Below are positions 40,635 through 51,109 of a stretch of DNA of 64,000 nt, piece after piece. How positions within the stretch are numbered: the stretch's first letter is position 1; each line of letters begins with the position of its first letter. Source of the DNA: an uncultured Verrucomicrobiae bacterium (GTDB lineage Bacteria; Verrucomicrobiota; Verrucomicrobiia; Chthoniobacterales; UBA10450); contig CAVSDR010000007.1 of the NCBI GenBank assembly GCA_963726745.1, positions 32,001 to 96,000 of the forward strand, read 5' to 3'. The notes under the pieces were generated by a model, which worked only from the letters and a program-made list of their open reading frames with translations, had not been told where the DNA came from and searched no databases. Both the position numbers and the translations under genes were made by a program.

Positions 40635-41243
40635 CTAAGAAACCGCCCCACGAAAGACCACCGCGACCGTGGTGACGTCGTCCGGGCGATGGTCTTCGAC
40701 CACGGCAAAATTCTCCTGAATCAATTCCAGAATGCGCGCGTAGCGCTGCCGATCGCACATCCGGACGACAAAAACGCCGCCCGGTTTTAGGAAGCCTTGA
40801 TAGCGGTGAAGCATGCGCACGATTTTCGAGAGCGGGACGTAGAAGATCGACTCTCGAAAAAGAATCAGGTCATAGTGGGCGCTAGGCGCGTAGCTGAAGA
40901 CATCGCTCTGGGCATAGCTGTTCTTGGCCGCGCGCCCCCCCGCGGCACTACGGATGCGCGCTTTCTCCACCGCAACCCCGGAGATATCGACGCCGTGATA
41001 GGCGTCGTAGCTCTCCCACGGCAGCTCATTGCCTGTGTTTCCGGATCCGCATCCGAGATCGAGGATGCTGCCGCCTCGCGCGTGCCTGCTAAGGATTGGG
41101 TAGATCAAATCGTCGGCGGTGTTCTCGATATAATCCCAGCGCCCATTGGCAAATTCATGGTCCCAGAGCCATTTCTTGGCTCCTCCGGTGCCCCAGGACT
41201 GCAAGAGAGAGCGGAACTTGTTTGCTGCGCTTTGAATCACCAT
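40635..41243 (-). CDS. Class I SAM-dependent methyltransferase
   Basis: ILDLGCGSG, GVDIS, LKPGG. Confidence 0.9.
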   Translation of the reverse strand: MVIQSAANKFRSLLQSWGTGGAKKWLWDHEFANGRWDYIENTADDLIYPILSRHARGGSILDLGCGSGNTGNELPWESYDAYHGVDISGVAVEKARIRSAAGGRAAKNSYAQSDVFSYAPSAHYDLILFRESIFYVPLSKIVRMLHRYQGFLKPGGVFVVRMCDRQRYARILELIQENFAVVEDHRPDDVTTVAVVFRGAVS

Positions 41244-42253
41244 TCGGCTGGTTTCCTCGAAAGATTCTGCAGCAGTCCATCCCAGCGCCGTTCAACCCCG
41301 GAGCGAACTTTCGGAAGTTCAAACATGGCCCGTTTCGCCAGCCGCCAGCCGAAGCAGCGGCGGAGCATCTCGTATTTCACGGGCAATGGAGGAACGCGTA
41401 ATTTGCCACCGAGTTGCTCGGCTAGTTCCATCGCCTGACGACAAATTGCTCCGTGCTCGGGGTAAAAGTGGATCAGCCAGCGTTGGAGAAAGGCGATGCA
41501 AGCGCTACGCGTCCTTTCGTCGTTCCGCAAGGCCTGGAGAGAGGCGATATGCGTACAAATCGAAGTGAACTGCGACTCAGCCTTCCGTCGGGAGAAGTTG
41601 ACGCTACTAAGGCTATTGCCACTGGAGGTGCGGTAATGGGAAAGCCCTCCGGGCACGAACTTCACGGCTTTCGCGGCTTGAATCACGCGGCAAAAATAGT
41701 CGCCATCGTCATCCGCGTTTAGCGCCTCGTTCCAACGGCCCGCAGCCTCTGCAAGCGCTCGACTGACCAGCCATGACTCAACGATCATGTAAAGGTTTTG
41801 CTCCAACTTCAGCGTCAGCCATTCCGCTGGATCGAGATCCGTCCACAACGCACTCGCGGCGATCAGCCCTCTCTCTGGGCGATGATAAAAGCGACTCCAA
41901 CCGGAAGAAAAGAGGACCCGATCGTCGGCGATGCGTTCGGCCGCGCGCACTTGCGATTCGACCTTGTTCTTCCCGAGAAGGTCATCTGCGTCCAGCCATT
42001 GCAGAAAATCGCCTTGGGCCAAACTCAAGGCATGGTTACGGGCAGCGGCCGCACCGGCGTTCCGCTGCGACACCACTTTAACCTTCGCCGTGGCGAAGCG
42101 AGAGGCCTGAGCCAGCGTGTTGTCCTTCGATCCATCATCAACGACGATGATTTCCGTCCTTTCCCAAGTCTGATCCAACGCGCTCTGGATGGCCGCGCCA
42201 ATCCAAGGCCCGGCGTTGTAAGCTGGAATCAAAATTGAGACGAGCGCCGCCAA
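41237..42253 (-). CDS. Glycosyltransferase family 2
   Basis: SILIPAYN, VDDGSKD, WLDADD. TTG start after GGGAGG. Confidence 0.9.
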   Translation of the reverse strand: MAALVSILIPAYNAGPWIGAAIQSALDQTWERTEIIVVDDGSKDNTLAQASRFATAKVKVVSQRNAGAAAARNHALSLAQGDFLQWLDADDLLGKNKVESQVRAAERIADDRVLFSSGWSRFYHRPERGLIAASALWTDLDPAEWLTLKLEQNLYMIVESWLVSRALAEAAGRWNEALNADDDGDYFCRVIQAAKAVKFVPGGLSHYRTSSGNSLSSVNFSRRKAESQFTSICTHIASLQALRNDERTRSACIAFLQRWLIHFYPEHGAICRQAMELAEQLGGKLRVPPLPVKYEMLRRCFGWRLAKRAMFELPKVRSGVERRWDGLLQNLSRKPAEW

Positions 42254-42270
42254 TTTGGTTTCCTCCCCGA

Positions 42271-44763
42271 TTAGACCGATACCGCTTGCGGGCGGTCTGC
42301 CATCCGCCTCGTGAAATCGCTTCGCCCAACCGCTTCCGCGGCCGCGGCCCGTCCAACCCGCCGCATCGGGGCGCTGATCGTGCTTACGAGCATCGCGATC
42401 CAAAGCGGCGAAAGCCGATCAAAGGTTGCTTCGGTGAAGTTATAAACGATCACCGCCGCCCAGACAGCAAATTGGATCTGCGCAAACTCCTTGCCCTGCA
42501 ACAAGCGCTTCCGTAGCCCGGTGTAGCTGGCGCATAGCCAGATAATCAACAAAAAGAACCCGATCAAGCCACCGTTCAGATAGGTTTCCAGGTATCCATT
42601 GTGCGCCTGGTTCACCCCCTCATAAACCTTCCAAATCGCCTCCAAACGGTTGCCCATCCAAAAAGTGTAGAACCCGGTTCCGAAAAGGGGATTAAAGTCC
42701 TGCTGTAAAACCAAGGACCATAGGCCGGTGCGCGTAGTGAGGGTCGTATCCCGTCCCACACTCGCGACCAACACCTCCCGCAGGCCAAAGACGGAATCTA
42801 GGACAACAAAGAATACCGAGACCGCCAAAACGTAACCGGCAAAGGCGGCCGCATTGCGGCGGAAAAGCGGCAGCCTAAATCCGATTAGGATGACGAGACC
42901 TAGCGCCGTGCAGACCAGAGAAGTTGCGCTTCCGGCCTTATGCAGCAGCCAGGCAGACATCGCGAGCAAAAGCCACCGTGCCGCCCGCTCTTTCCAATCG
43001 AGTCGCGGGCCTTTCGCCCGGCTGCTGAAAAAAAACTCCCAAGCCATGAAGAGACCGCAGACCAGAACGATGGCCCCAAGGCTGTTCTTGTGCTGGGCCA
43101 CACCTACATACATGTATTGCCAGGTCCAGCGATTGTAGACCCGGCCGACATCGGGCAAATACTTGATAAAGATCACCGAGAGCGGAATAAGAATATAGCC
43201 GCACCGAACAAAGAGGGCCCTGGCCGCTTGCACCGGGTCGATTTCGGTCAGGACAACCAGAGCCATGACAATGTTGCCGCACTCTTTGATCCAACGTTTC
43301 CCGGCGACAACAGTGTAGTCCGACCAAAGAATGCTCGCTCCCCAATAAAGGATAAAAATAAAGAGCCACTTATTCGCCGCTGCGAGTTGAGATAAACGCA
43401 CGCCGCGCTGAGCGAGAACACGGAGGCCCATTAAGATAAGCGCCAGATAGAATAACCGGTCCAGCGGCGTTCCTTCTTCATAGGCATCGCCACTTCCACC
43501 TCCAAAGCCCAGCCACAAGCAGACCGGCTTCGAACTGATCACAAAAAGCCAGAGGAGTGGGATCCAGAGCGCTCCAGAAATACCTTCGCGCTTCCGCATA
43601 TCCCGTCGGAAAAGCCACACGATAAACGCGAAGCCAACTAACAGGGCTATTTTTGCAGGCATGGGACTAAAGTATCCGCCGGCAGCCACCGCAGGCCGCG
43701 GCAATTGCGCAAAAATGCAATCCATCATTCGAGAGACACGCAGAATCTCGCTGTGCGCGATCGGCAGCGGAGCGTTCTCTGTGATCGAGTGATAGAATGA
43801 CTCGATCAGGAACTTCATTCCCGATTTGAAGTGAAAGTCACCAGCCAGAAAAATGCGCATGTTGGTGCCAAAATTTGCGAGGTATTGCCCCGTAAACATT
43901 ACCGGAGGAACGAATCTTTCGGCGTAACTTTTCATCCGCTCTCCGCGGAGCCGAATCAGCAATTGCTGGTCTTCATCCAGGAAAAGCCCGTTTCGGTTTC
44001 CATAGACGCGCAATTGATGGAGTGCAGGACGCATTTGGGAGGAAAAAGTGAAGTAAGCCGTGGTCCCTTCTCTTCCCGAGATGATCACGCGCAGCTCATC
44101 AACAATGCTTTTTTCCCCCATGGCCCGCAGGGGGCCGCTGGTGAACCCATGCACCAGGACTTCCGGTGCGTCGTCACGCACGAATTCCGCGATCCGCGCA
44201 ATCCCATGGCTGATGACGTTTTGCAGCAACCCTCCCGGCAGGCGGCGCACCCAGTGATCCTTGTCCCCCAGGAGAGCGCGCGCGTAGTTGCCGCCTAACT
44301 CATAGCAATAGGTGCTCTCCAGGTGCCGCGGACCCTCGCCGAGATAGCCCGTGGCCACGAGACGGCGCATTCGGCGGGCTACGTGGCTGAATTGATCATC
44401 GTGCCCGACGGTGATTTTTAGACCCCTCGCGTTCGCCCTCGCGATTAAATCCTCCGCTTCGTCGCTATCTACCGTGAATGGCTTTTCGACATAAACATGG
44501 CAGCCATGCTCCAGACATTGGCGGGCTATGGGGTAATGGCTTTGCGGCGGGGTCGTGATGTGGACCACGTCCGGCGTGCTCGCGACGAGCATCTCCGCCA
44601 CTTCGCTAAAGGCGCGTCGGATGGGAAAGCGCTCCTGGAGTTGGCGCGCCATCAATTCCTCGCGATCACAGACAGCTACGATCTCGCACTGCGGAATCCG
44701 CCCGACCTGCGCGGCATGCGAATCGGCAATCTTCCCGCAGCCCACGATCGCAACCTTAAGCAT
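42271..44763 (-). CDS. In-frame fusion: Gfo/Idh/MocA oxidoreductase (44763-~43670) + O-antigen ligase/Wzy-like polymerase (43662-42271)
   Basis: The N-terminal half has GCGKIA and EKP. The C-terminal half is multi-TM with HKNSLG, GRDTTLTTRTGLW and AHNGYLE. An internal ATG lies at 43662. Confidence 0.85.
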   Translation of the reverse strand: MLKVAIVGCGKIADSHAAQVGRIPQCEIVAVCDREELMARQLQERFPIRRAFSEVAEMLVASTPDVVHITTPPQSHYPIARQCLEHGCHVYVEKPFTVDSDEAEDLIARANARGLKITVGHDDQFSHVARRMRRLVATGYLGEGPRHLESTYCYELGGNYARALLGDKDHWVRRLPGGLLQNVISHGIARIAEFVRDDAPEVLVHGFTSGPLRAMGEKSIVDELRVIISGREGTTAYFTFSSQMRPALHQLRVYGNRNGLFLDEDQQLLIRLRGERMKSYAERFVPPVMFTGQYLANFGTNMRIFLAGDFHFKSGMKFLIESFYHSITENAPLPIAHSEILRVSRMMDCIFAQLPRPAVAAGGYFSPMPAKIALLVGFAFIVWLFRRDMRKREGISGALWIPLLWLFVISSKPVCLWLGFGGGSGDAYEEGTPLDRLFYLALILMGLRVLAQRGVRLSQLAAANKWLFIFILYWGASILWSDYTVVAGKRWIKECGNIVMALVVLTEIDPVQAARALFVRCGYILIPLSVIFIKYLPDVGRVYNRWTWQYMYVGVAQHKNSLGAIVLVCGLFMAWEFFFSSRAKGPRLDWKERAARWLLLAMSAWLLHKAGSATSLVCTALGLVILIGFRLPLFRRNAAAFAGYVLAVSVFFVVLDSVFGLREVLVASVGRDTTLTTRTGLWSLVLQQDFNPLFGTGFYTFWMGNRLEAIWKVYEGVNQAHNGYLETYLNGGLIGFFLLIIWLCASYTGLRKRLLQGKEFAQIQFAVWAAVIVYNFTEATFDRLSPLWIAMLVSTISAPMRRVGRAAAAEAVGRSDFTRRMADRPQAVSV

Positions 44764-45796
44764 GACGCAATTTCTCCCGGCAACTCGCGAAATAGCGTCT
44801 CAACCCTTCTGCCGTGGAGACCGTCGGTCGCCATGAGAGCTTCTCTTTCAGGCGCGCGTTTGAAAAATCTCCGCGTTTCCAGTAGGCCGACCAAAGTCGC
44901 CGATTGTAGGCCGGCGGTAGCTGGCCTTGCGACCAGCTTGAGTAGTCCTCCCAGGCAGCACATAGGGCATAGCTAAGGCCCTTCGGTAAAGACAAAGAGA
45001 AAAATCGACGGACGTTCTGTTTATACAGGCGCAAGAAGTCGCGACTGGTCGGCAGGTCGTCATCCAGCACGTTAATGATCTCCTGGTCGATCCCCGGGGT
45101 TATCCCCGCGAGCACGATCGCTTCCGCACAATTATCGACGTAACTTAGCGGCACTCGATTCGATCCGCCAAGGTGGAGGAAGATGCCAAAGGTGCCAATG
45201 CCTACCCGGCTGGAGATTCCCTCGTTCCCCGGGCCGTAGACATGACCAGGGCGCAGGATGACATAAGGGAGCTTATGCTTGCTGCCATACTCCTGCACGA
45301 TCTCCTCCTGTCGGCATTTTGCGAAGCAATAGGCTTCTCCTCGCAGGGCCGGTTTCGGTTCTACCGGAGCCGATTCGTCAAGGACTTCGCCACGCTCGGT
45401 ATAGACCGTAAACGAGCTAACATTGACGAATCTCCGCAGACAGCCGTCCTGCACCAAGGCGTCGAGGAGATTCCGCGTCGTCACCACGCTGTTCAGGAAC
45501 GCGTCCGAAAAAGATTTTTCACCCCGAGCAGCGGCCAAATGGTAGACGACGCTGACACCCTTGGCGACGCGCTCGCAGTCTTCGCGAGAAAGCAGGTTGC
45601 CTTGGACCAACTCAAATTCGCCAGGCCCGTCTCCCGAGCCATCACCAAAAGCGTTGGATGCGCGCGTTAGACAACGAATTCGGCTGAAGCCGCGCTCGCG
45701 CAAACGGGCCACCACTCGCCGGCCAATGAAGCCAGTGGCTCCCGTGACGAGAACAACGTCGCCCGGTCCCGCTACCGCGTCGCTACTCGGTGACAT
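44756..45796 (-). CDS. NAD-dependent epimerase/dehydratase
   Basis: TGATGFIG, YCFAK, RPGHVYGPG. Start set at ATG 45796. Confidence 0.88.
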   Translation of the reverse strand: MSPSSDAVAGPGDVVLVTGATGFIGRRVVARLRERGFSRIRCLTRASNAFGDGSGDGPGEFELVQGNLLSREDCERVAKGVSVVYHLAAARGEKSFSDAFLNSVVTTRNLLDALVQDGCLRRFVNVSSFTVYTERGEVLDESAPVEPKPALRGEAYCFAKCRQEEIVQEYGSKHKLPYVILRPGHVYGPGNEGISSRVGIGTFGIFLHLGGSNRVPLSYVDNCAEAIVLAGITPGIDQEIINVLDDDLPTSRDFLRLYKQNVRRFFSLSLPKGLSYALCAAWEDYSSWSQGQLPPAYNRRLWSAYWKRGDFSNARLKEKLSWRPTVSTAEGLRRYFASCREKLRHA

Positions 45797-46685
45797 ATTG
45801 CCGTGGCAGCGCGGCGAAGCGGACGAATGCGAGGATGCGGCCGAGATGATCGCACGACCGGATAAGGAGGCTGGTAAAAACATGCTCGCCGAAAAGGATC
45901 GCGAACGGCAAAGCCAGGGCGTAGACCGGGACCGCAACGAGCGAAGTGAGCAGCGGGCGCAATTTCGATATCGGGTGCTGGAGCGAAACTCTTCCTCGAA
46001 GCAGCGCACGTCGAAGCATGAATCTTCGGTTCCACCGAATCGCGGGTATCTCTTCGTAGGCGACCGCTTCGTCACACCAGGCAAACCGGAACCCTTTGCC
46101 AATCGCGCGTCGAAAGAAGTCTTGGTCCTCAGCGGTCAAGAATTCCGCTCGGAAGAATGGCGGCTCGAGAGCATCGAGCACCTGCCGCTTAAAGAGGAGG
46201 TTACCGGTTCGGCCCTGAGGCCACGAAAGCATCGTCCCAGTCCGATAGGTTGCTCGTTCGCAAAACCGTCCTTTGATCACCCAAGCGGGAGGTTCCACTT
46301 CGAAATGGGGTTTTACAGAACCGACGACGCCGTCGACCTCGCACTTTTCGTGCGTTTGAAAGAGAAGAAGCAGCCAGTTGGGAATCGGTAACTCGTCGTC
46401 ATCGATGAAGGCGATGAAATCGCCGACCGCGTGTGCCAGCGCTTCGTTCCGCGTGAGCGCAATGTTTTGGATCGGCTGCAGACAATAAATAACCGGCAAC
46501 CTTGCCTGGCTCATGAAAGCTTCCACGACAGGCTGGGCCGTGCCTTTTACATCGTTGTCCGCCACCACCACGGAAAAGGTAAAGCGTCCATCTGTCTCCT
46601 GCGTAGCTAGAGCCTCCAAAAGGCGTCGCAGATAGTCAGCGCGCCGATAGGTGCAGATACAGACGGCGATGTGCGGCACCGCCAT
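45783..46685 (-). CDS. Glycosyltransferase family 2 (ExoM-like)
   Basis: VCICTYRR, VVADND, FIDDDE, TGNLL, EDQDFF. Confidence 0.9.
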   Translation of the reverse strand: MAVPHIAVCICTYRRADYLRRLLEALATQETDGRFTFSVVVADNDVKGTAQPVVEAFMSQARLPVIYCLQPIQNIALTRNEALAHAVGDFIAFIDDDELPIPNWLLLLFQTHEKCEVDGVVGSVKPHFEVEPPAWVIKGRFCERATYRTGTMLSWPQGRTGNLLFKRQVLDALEPPFFRAEFLTAEDQDFFRRAIGKGFRFAWCDEAVAYEEIPAIRWNRRFMLRRALLRGRVSLQHPISKLRPLLTSLVAVPVYALALPFAILFGEHVFTSLLIRSCDHLGRILAFVRFAALPRQYVTE

Positions 46686-46686
46686 T

Positions 46687-48510
46687 TTACTCCTTTGCCA
46701 ACAGATGACGCTCAATCAACTCTAGCGTCAGGATTTGACTGATCTCCGAGGTGTAATTACGCGTCCCCGACACGTGGCTTTGAACCATCTTTTCCATATG
46801 CGCCCCTTGGAGGAACCAGCGCCCACGGGTGCGATCATCCAGGAGGATCTCTTTCACATAAGGCGCGAGTGCATCCCGATACCAGGTTCGGAAATGGTAG
46901 AATTTGTGGCGACCGAGAAAGAGTTTTTCTGGCCGGAAGGGTTTGATCGCGTGATCGAACTTTGCCAACCACTGGGGCATTCCGTAGTCGTAGGCGTATT
47001 CTGCCTTGAAGCGAAACTGTTCGAAGGCGCCCTGCATCCAGCTAAGTGGACTGGGTTGGAACGTTATTCCACGGTCGGTTGGAATCCTCGCCAAGGCGGC
47101 GTTCCCTTCGCGAATTAGCCGGAGCGATGGGTCGGCACTGGCCAGAGCCAATTCCGGGGCGCGAAAACTCAGACCTACCAAGGCATTGTCCAAAAAGGGA
47201 GTCGCGATAGAAACCTGCGATTCCTCCACGGCAAGCCGTGCCTGGTGATGCCAGGGAATCTGCTTAAAGGCGATGAACGATTGCCGTGGCACGTTGGCTT
47301 CGTCCGCGAAAGTGCCGGCTGCTTTGGCACCAAGCGCAACCAATTCCCGGCTGAAGAGGCCCTCGTTGAGAGGGTGCGCCTTGAAGGCGACATTTCCTCG
47401 CAGGATCTCCGAGCCGTAGCTGCCTGTCACCCTCACCGGCGCAATCTTTCGGGCTTGCCGGTTTGCGTAGATTTCTACGGCGCCCGTTACGTCGAGGCCG
47501 CCGTCTGAAACCCGAATGGCTTCCTCGGCCAAGACGGGAAACTCCTTGAGGAAATCGGACCCGATTTCGATCGTTGTGTGCGGCTGCTCACACGCCTCCG
47601 CCACTCTCCGTGCGATCTTGACGTCGGTGGATTCGCGCAGGCTGCTGCCAAAGGTATAGCATGGCAATTCTCCCGCTGCTGGCTTCGCCCAAGCCATGAT
47701 CATCCTGCCGTCAAGACCGCCCGTCAGCGACATGCCGGCGTCCTGCTCTGTCCGGAGGTAATGCGGCAGCACCTCACGGAACGTTGTCTTTAGCGCTTGG
47801 AAGTACTGCTCTCCATTGAGCGGCGTCTGGTTCTCCCAAACCGATCGATCGAAGTAGGTCTCCTTCCGCAGAAACGTCTCCGGGGAAAAAATCCACTTGG
47901 CACCCGCGGGCAAAATGGAAATCCCGCGGAAGAGACTTCGATTTTGCAGGACGCAGCCACAAGAACAATACTCCGCGAGCGAGCGAGGGTCGAAGTCTCG
48001 CGTCTCCGGAAATGCCCGCAGCAAAGCTTTCGCAGCGGAAGAGAAATAGAAACCGTCTTCATTCTCCAAATAGTAGATGCGCCCAAGCCCATAACGGTCG
48101 TTGAACAAGGTAATCCGTCCCCGGCGCCGATCAGCCACCACTCCGCAGAAGCGTCCGTTTAGGCGTCCGTAGAAAGACTCGCCCTCCTCCTTATAGGACC
48201 GCAACAAGGCGCCGCGAGCTGGTTTTGGATAAACCTCACCTCGAAAAGCTACCAAAGTTTCGTTGCGCTCGTCCCAGCAAGCATCCCCGCCAGCGATGTA
48301 GGCCGCTCCCAGGTGCCACTGCTCCACCGGTGCTCCCGGAACTTCCAGAGACAGCATTCTCTCGAACTTTTCCCTTCCGAAGCCAGCTCGTCGTTGGATG
48401 AAACCTATCAAGTTTTCCGCGGGAAAGCGGGAGCCGGCGGGAGGAATTGAACACTCCATCTGCTGATTACGATTCAGCCGCTCTGGACGTTGAGCTACAC
48501 CGGCATGCAT
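46687..48510 (-). CDS. Asparagine-synthetase-like (AsnB family) amidotransferase/ligase
   Basis: LNGRF, DRYGLGRIYY, SLTGGLDGR (PP-loop), TGSYGSE, PFLD. No N-terminal Cys is visible. Confidence 0.85.
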   Translation of the reverse strand: MHAGVAQRPERLNRNQQMECSIPPAGSRFPAENLIGFIQRRAGFGREKFERMLSLEVPGAPVEQWHLGAAYIAGGDACWDERNETLVAFRGEVYPKPARGALLRSYKEEGESFYGRLNGRFCGVVADRRRGRITLFNDRYGLGRIYYLENEDGFYFSSAAKALLRAFPETRDFDPRSLAEYCSCGCVLQNRSLFRGISILPAGAKWIFSPETFLRKETYFDRSVWENQTPLNGEQYFQALKTTFREVLPHYLRTEQDAGMSLTGGLDGRMIMAWAKPAAGELPCYTFGSSLRESTDVKIARRVAEACEQPHTTIEIGSDFLKEFPVLAEEAIRVSDGGLDVTGAVEIYANRQARKIAPVRVTGSYGSEILRGNVAFKAHPLNEGLFSRELVALGAKAAGTFADEANVPRQSFIAFKQIPWHHQARLAVEESQVSIATPFLDNALVGLSFRAPELALASADPSLRLIREGNAALARIPTDRGITFQPSPLSWMQGAFEQFRFKAEYAYDYGMPQWLAKFDHAIKPFRPEKLFLGRHKFYHFRTWYRDALAPYVKEILLDDRTRGRWFLQGAHMEKMVQSHVSGTRNYTSEISQILTLELIERHLLAKE

Positions 48511-48527
48511 TGAGAGAACAATAGGAA

Positions 48528-49451
48528 CTAATTGGCCCAGGCACTGGCTGCGCGCGACCGCCAGCGGAGAAGTGCGGTCTCGACCGGTTCAGGTAGAAAC
48601 TCCCTCCAGCCGCGATGAGCCTGACAGCGGAGCGCGAAATCGCCTTTTGCGGTCAGGGGGAGGTAATACCGCGGGACGAGCATTTGCTCGAAACCATTTC
48701 GGCGTTTGAACTCCACTAGAGGTGCCGCGGCATTTCTCCCGTAAAAATACTGGCCGTAAACGAAATATGAGGCACCCCGGTCGACACACAGTTCAATCGC
48801 CTTCGCGAGGAGCGCGTTGGTCGGGCGCTTATCTTGGTGCGCCGCTTTAGAAAGGATCTGCATGATGCTGCCGACGCCACCGGTATAGACAGTTTTCAAG
48901 AAGCCTATGAGTTCGTCACCTAGATAGGCACAGATAAAGTCACAGCGATCCGCGTAGGTCGCGTTTTCACGGGTCACCTGTTCGATGGTTTTGCCGTAAT
49001 GCCAAAAGCGCCGGCCCTGCCGTACCGGGCTTTCATCGTAGATCGCTTTGATTCCTGCGCTCATAGCGCTGTCTAAGGGTTGCGTGCGTATGACCACCCC
49101 GCGCTTGGCCGCCCGCCGGACGTTTTTGCGGGTCTCCTGCGGAATCCGATTCTCCCACCAATCCTCGAAGGTCGTGATCGGAACGACCGCCAGGTTATCC
49201 CACTCCAGTGGATACAGAAATCGAGGCTTCGAATCTCCCAGCTTCTGCGCAAATGTGAAAAGGTCGGCGCGCGTGGCGGTCCGCAGCCGGGCCGCGATTC
49301 TCTCCGGGTCTTCCACCGGTTTCGGCTGCCACTCTTCATCCCGAATGGTCGCCGTTCGCAGCCATCGACCCGCTACCACCAAGGTATGCCCATCCACCTC
49401 CAGCGAAGGGACCCGTCTCTGGCTGCCCTTGATACTGACTGTAGTTTCCAC
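48528..49451 (-). CDS. GNAT/FemAB-like acyltransferase-fold protein
   Basis: RKNVRRAAKRGV, NALLAKAIE and FKRRNGF motifs typical of FemAB/Acetyltransf_6-like proteins. Confidence 0.65.
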   Translation of the reverse strand: METTVSIKGSQRRVPSLEVDGHTLVVAGRWLRTATIRDEEWQPKPVEDPERIAARLRTATRADLFTFAQKLGDSKPRFLYPLEWDNLAVVPITTFEDWWENRIPQETRKNVRRAAKRGVVIRTQPLDSAMSAGIKAIYDESPVRQGRRFWHYGKTIEQVTRENATYADRCDFICAYLGDELIGFLKTVYTGGVGSIMQILSKAAHQDKRPTNALLAKAIELCVDRGASYFVYGQYFYGRNAAAPLVEFKRRNGFEQMLVPRYYLPLTAKGDFALRCQAHRGWREFLPEPVETALLRWRSRAASAWAN

Positions 49452-49453
49452 GG

Positions 49454-50185
49454 TTAGGCGGCTATCTGGGAGGCGCCTGCCAGCACGGGCTTCGTCAGCG
49501 TCGCGAAGGCATCGCTCATCAGGAAGCGGAATTCCTCTTCCATTATCGGGTGCGTCATCAGTTCCACTTCGTGGTCAACGCTGAGCGCGACGATTTTCGC
49601 GAGCCGCTCCATGCTTAAGTTCTGGGACAGGGCAAAAAAGTAGTCGGTCAGGCGATAACGCTGGCTAAGCCAACGATCAGAAATCCGGCGAAAGGTCCGG
49701 TTGAGCAGGTTCTTCTCGCCAGGACCGAAGGAGAAGTTTCTCCGGACGGCGCTTTGTTCCGGGATCGCTCGGGAGAACAGAAGATTAGCGCAGAGATGCA
49801 TGTGCAGATGCCCATCGATCCGCGCCGGCGGGCGGCCGTAATGTCGGCTGAATTCTTCCCACTGTGCTTGGAGAGTGTAGTTGAGGGATTCACTGATCAA
49901 CGGGTTGTAGACTAACTGCGCAAGTTTGCTCGACTTCAGAAACCTGGCGACGCGTCCTTGGTGCTTTTCCAGGGTGTTTCCGACATGCCCCGAGAACGGC
50001 TCTGTGAGGTTAAGGTGGAGACCGGCCGGGATTTCATCTCCAAGAGCAATTTCCGCCGCCCGTTCTGAGTCGGCCATGAACATCATCGCGCTAACCTGGG
50101 TGACCGTCCCGCTCTTCCAGCAGCGGTGTGCAGCGTCCGTCTCCTCGACTGAGCGCCCCCAATCGTCTGCATTGACGAGCAGCAA
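49454..50185 (-). CDS. ChbG/HpnK (YdjC) family carbohydrate deacetylase
   Basis: NADDWG, GLHLNLT, IDGHLHMH, ELMTHP. Likely TTG start at 50185. Confidence 0.88.
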   Translation of the reverse strand: MLLVNADDWGRSVEETDAAHRCWKSGTVTQVSAMMFMADSERAAEIALGDEIPAGLHLNLTEPFSGHVGNTLEKHQGRVARFLKSSKLAQLVYNPLISESLNYTLQAQWEEFSRHYGRPPARIDGHLHMHLCANLLFSRAIPEQSAVRRNFSFGPGEKNLLNRTFRRISDRWLSQRYRLTDYFFALSQNLSMERLAKIVALSVDHEVELMTHPIMEEEFRFLMSDAFATLTKPVLAGASQIAA

Positions 50186-50202
50186 AATTTGCCAGCGTTT
50201 TC

Positions 50203-51099
50203 CTAAACCGCGCGGACGCGGCCAAACGCTGCCTTTCTCAGGAAAGTTTGGAGACGCTGCATCTGTTCGCGCCGTTGGAAATTCACCAAGTCCTGCGTGA
50301 TCGGACGATCCGCCCGCCGAAGCATGGCCCAGAAGAAACCCAGGGTATCGGCACACGCGCCGAGAACATATGGCCGGCGGGTCATCTGGTAGAAAGTGCG
50401 AAAGAACTGCCAAAGAGGATGGTAACCCAGCCGATAGGACTTTTGGCCAAAACGAAAACTGGCGACCAGCTTTTGGCGGTGATTGGCCGAACCCATCGGC
50501 CGGTGATGCAAGCTAACCTTTTCCGTGAATGTCCGCGTCTTCCATCCCTGCGCCCGAGCGCTCAGGACAGCGACCACGTCGATCCCCCCACCGGGTATCG
50601 GCCGGTAGCCGCCGATCTCCTCGTAACACCGCCGACGAAAGAACTGACACGCGCCGGAGACGTGTTCGATATTACTGAAGCGATAGTCATAGGTTTCGCC
50701 CGCTTCGCTGAAAGGCGTTCCCACAATTCCCAGTTCCGGGTCGGCTTCGAGCTTTTGCAGGAGATACTCAAAGTAAGTCTCATCAAAGGAGAGGTCCGCA
50801 TCGAGGCTGGCCAGGTAACTGTGATCGAGCTCGCTGACCGCTGCGTAACCCGCCGCAATGCAGCCGGCCTTTCCCGCAAAGTTCCGCGCCTGGCGTTCTG
50901 GCGACCGGAGTAACTGAATCCAAGAATGCTGCGCCGCATACTCGCCTACAATCTCGTCCGTCCCATCCGTTGAACCGTCACTTACAATCACCCAGCGCAA
51001 GGGCAACACAGTTTGCCGAACGACCGAATCGAGCGTGAGGCGAATGAACTGGGCTTCATTGCGCGCAGGCGTGATGAGCAGGTAGGCCGGCGCCGTCAT
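50203..51099 (-). CDS. Glycosyltransferase family 2
   Basis: ITPARNE, SDGSTDGT, LDAD. Confidence 0.92.
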   Translation of the reverse strand: MTAPAYLLITPARNEAQFIRLTLDSVVRQTVLPLRWVIVSDGSTDGTDEIVGEYAAQHSWIQLLRSPERQARNFAGKAGCIAAGYAAVSELDHSYLASLDADLSFDETYFEYLLQKLEADPELGIVGTPFSEAGETYDYRFSNIEHVSGACQFFRRRCYEEIGGYRPIPGGGIDVVAVLSARAQGWKTRTFTEKVSLHHRPMGSANHRQKLVASFRFGQKSYRLGYHPLWQFFRTFYQMTRRPYVLGACADTLGFFWAMLRRADRPITQDLVNFQRREQMQRLQTFLRKAAFGRVRAV

Positions 51100-51109
51100 T
51101 CTCTTTGCC

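Noticed and set aside
46687..48510. Cys-less AsnB as a lasso-peptide cyclase
   Set aside because: No B1/B2 proteins or precursor peptide nearby; the context is entirely polysaccharide biosynthesis.
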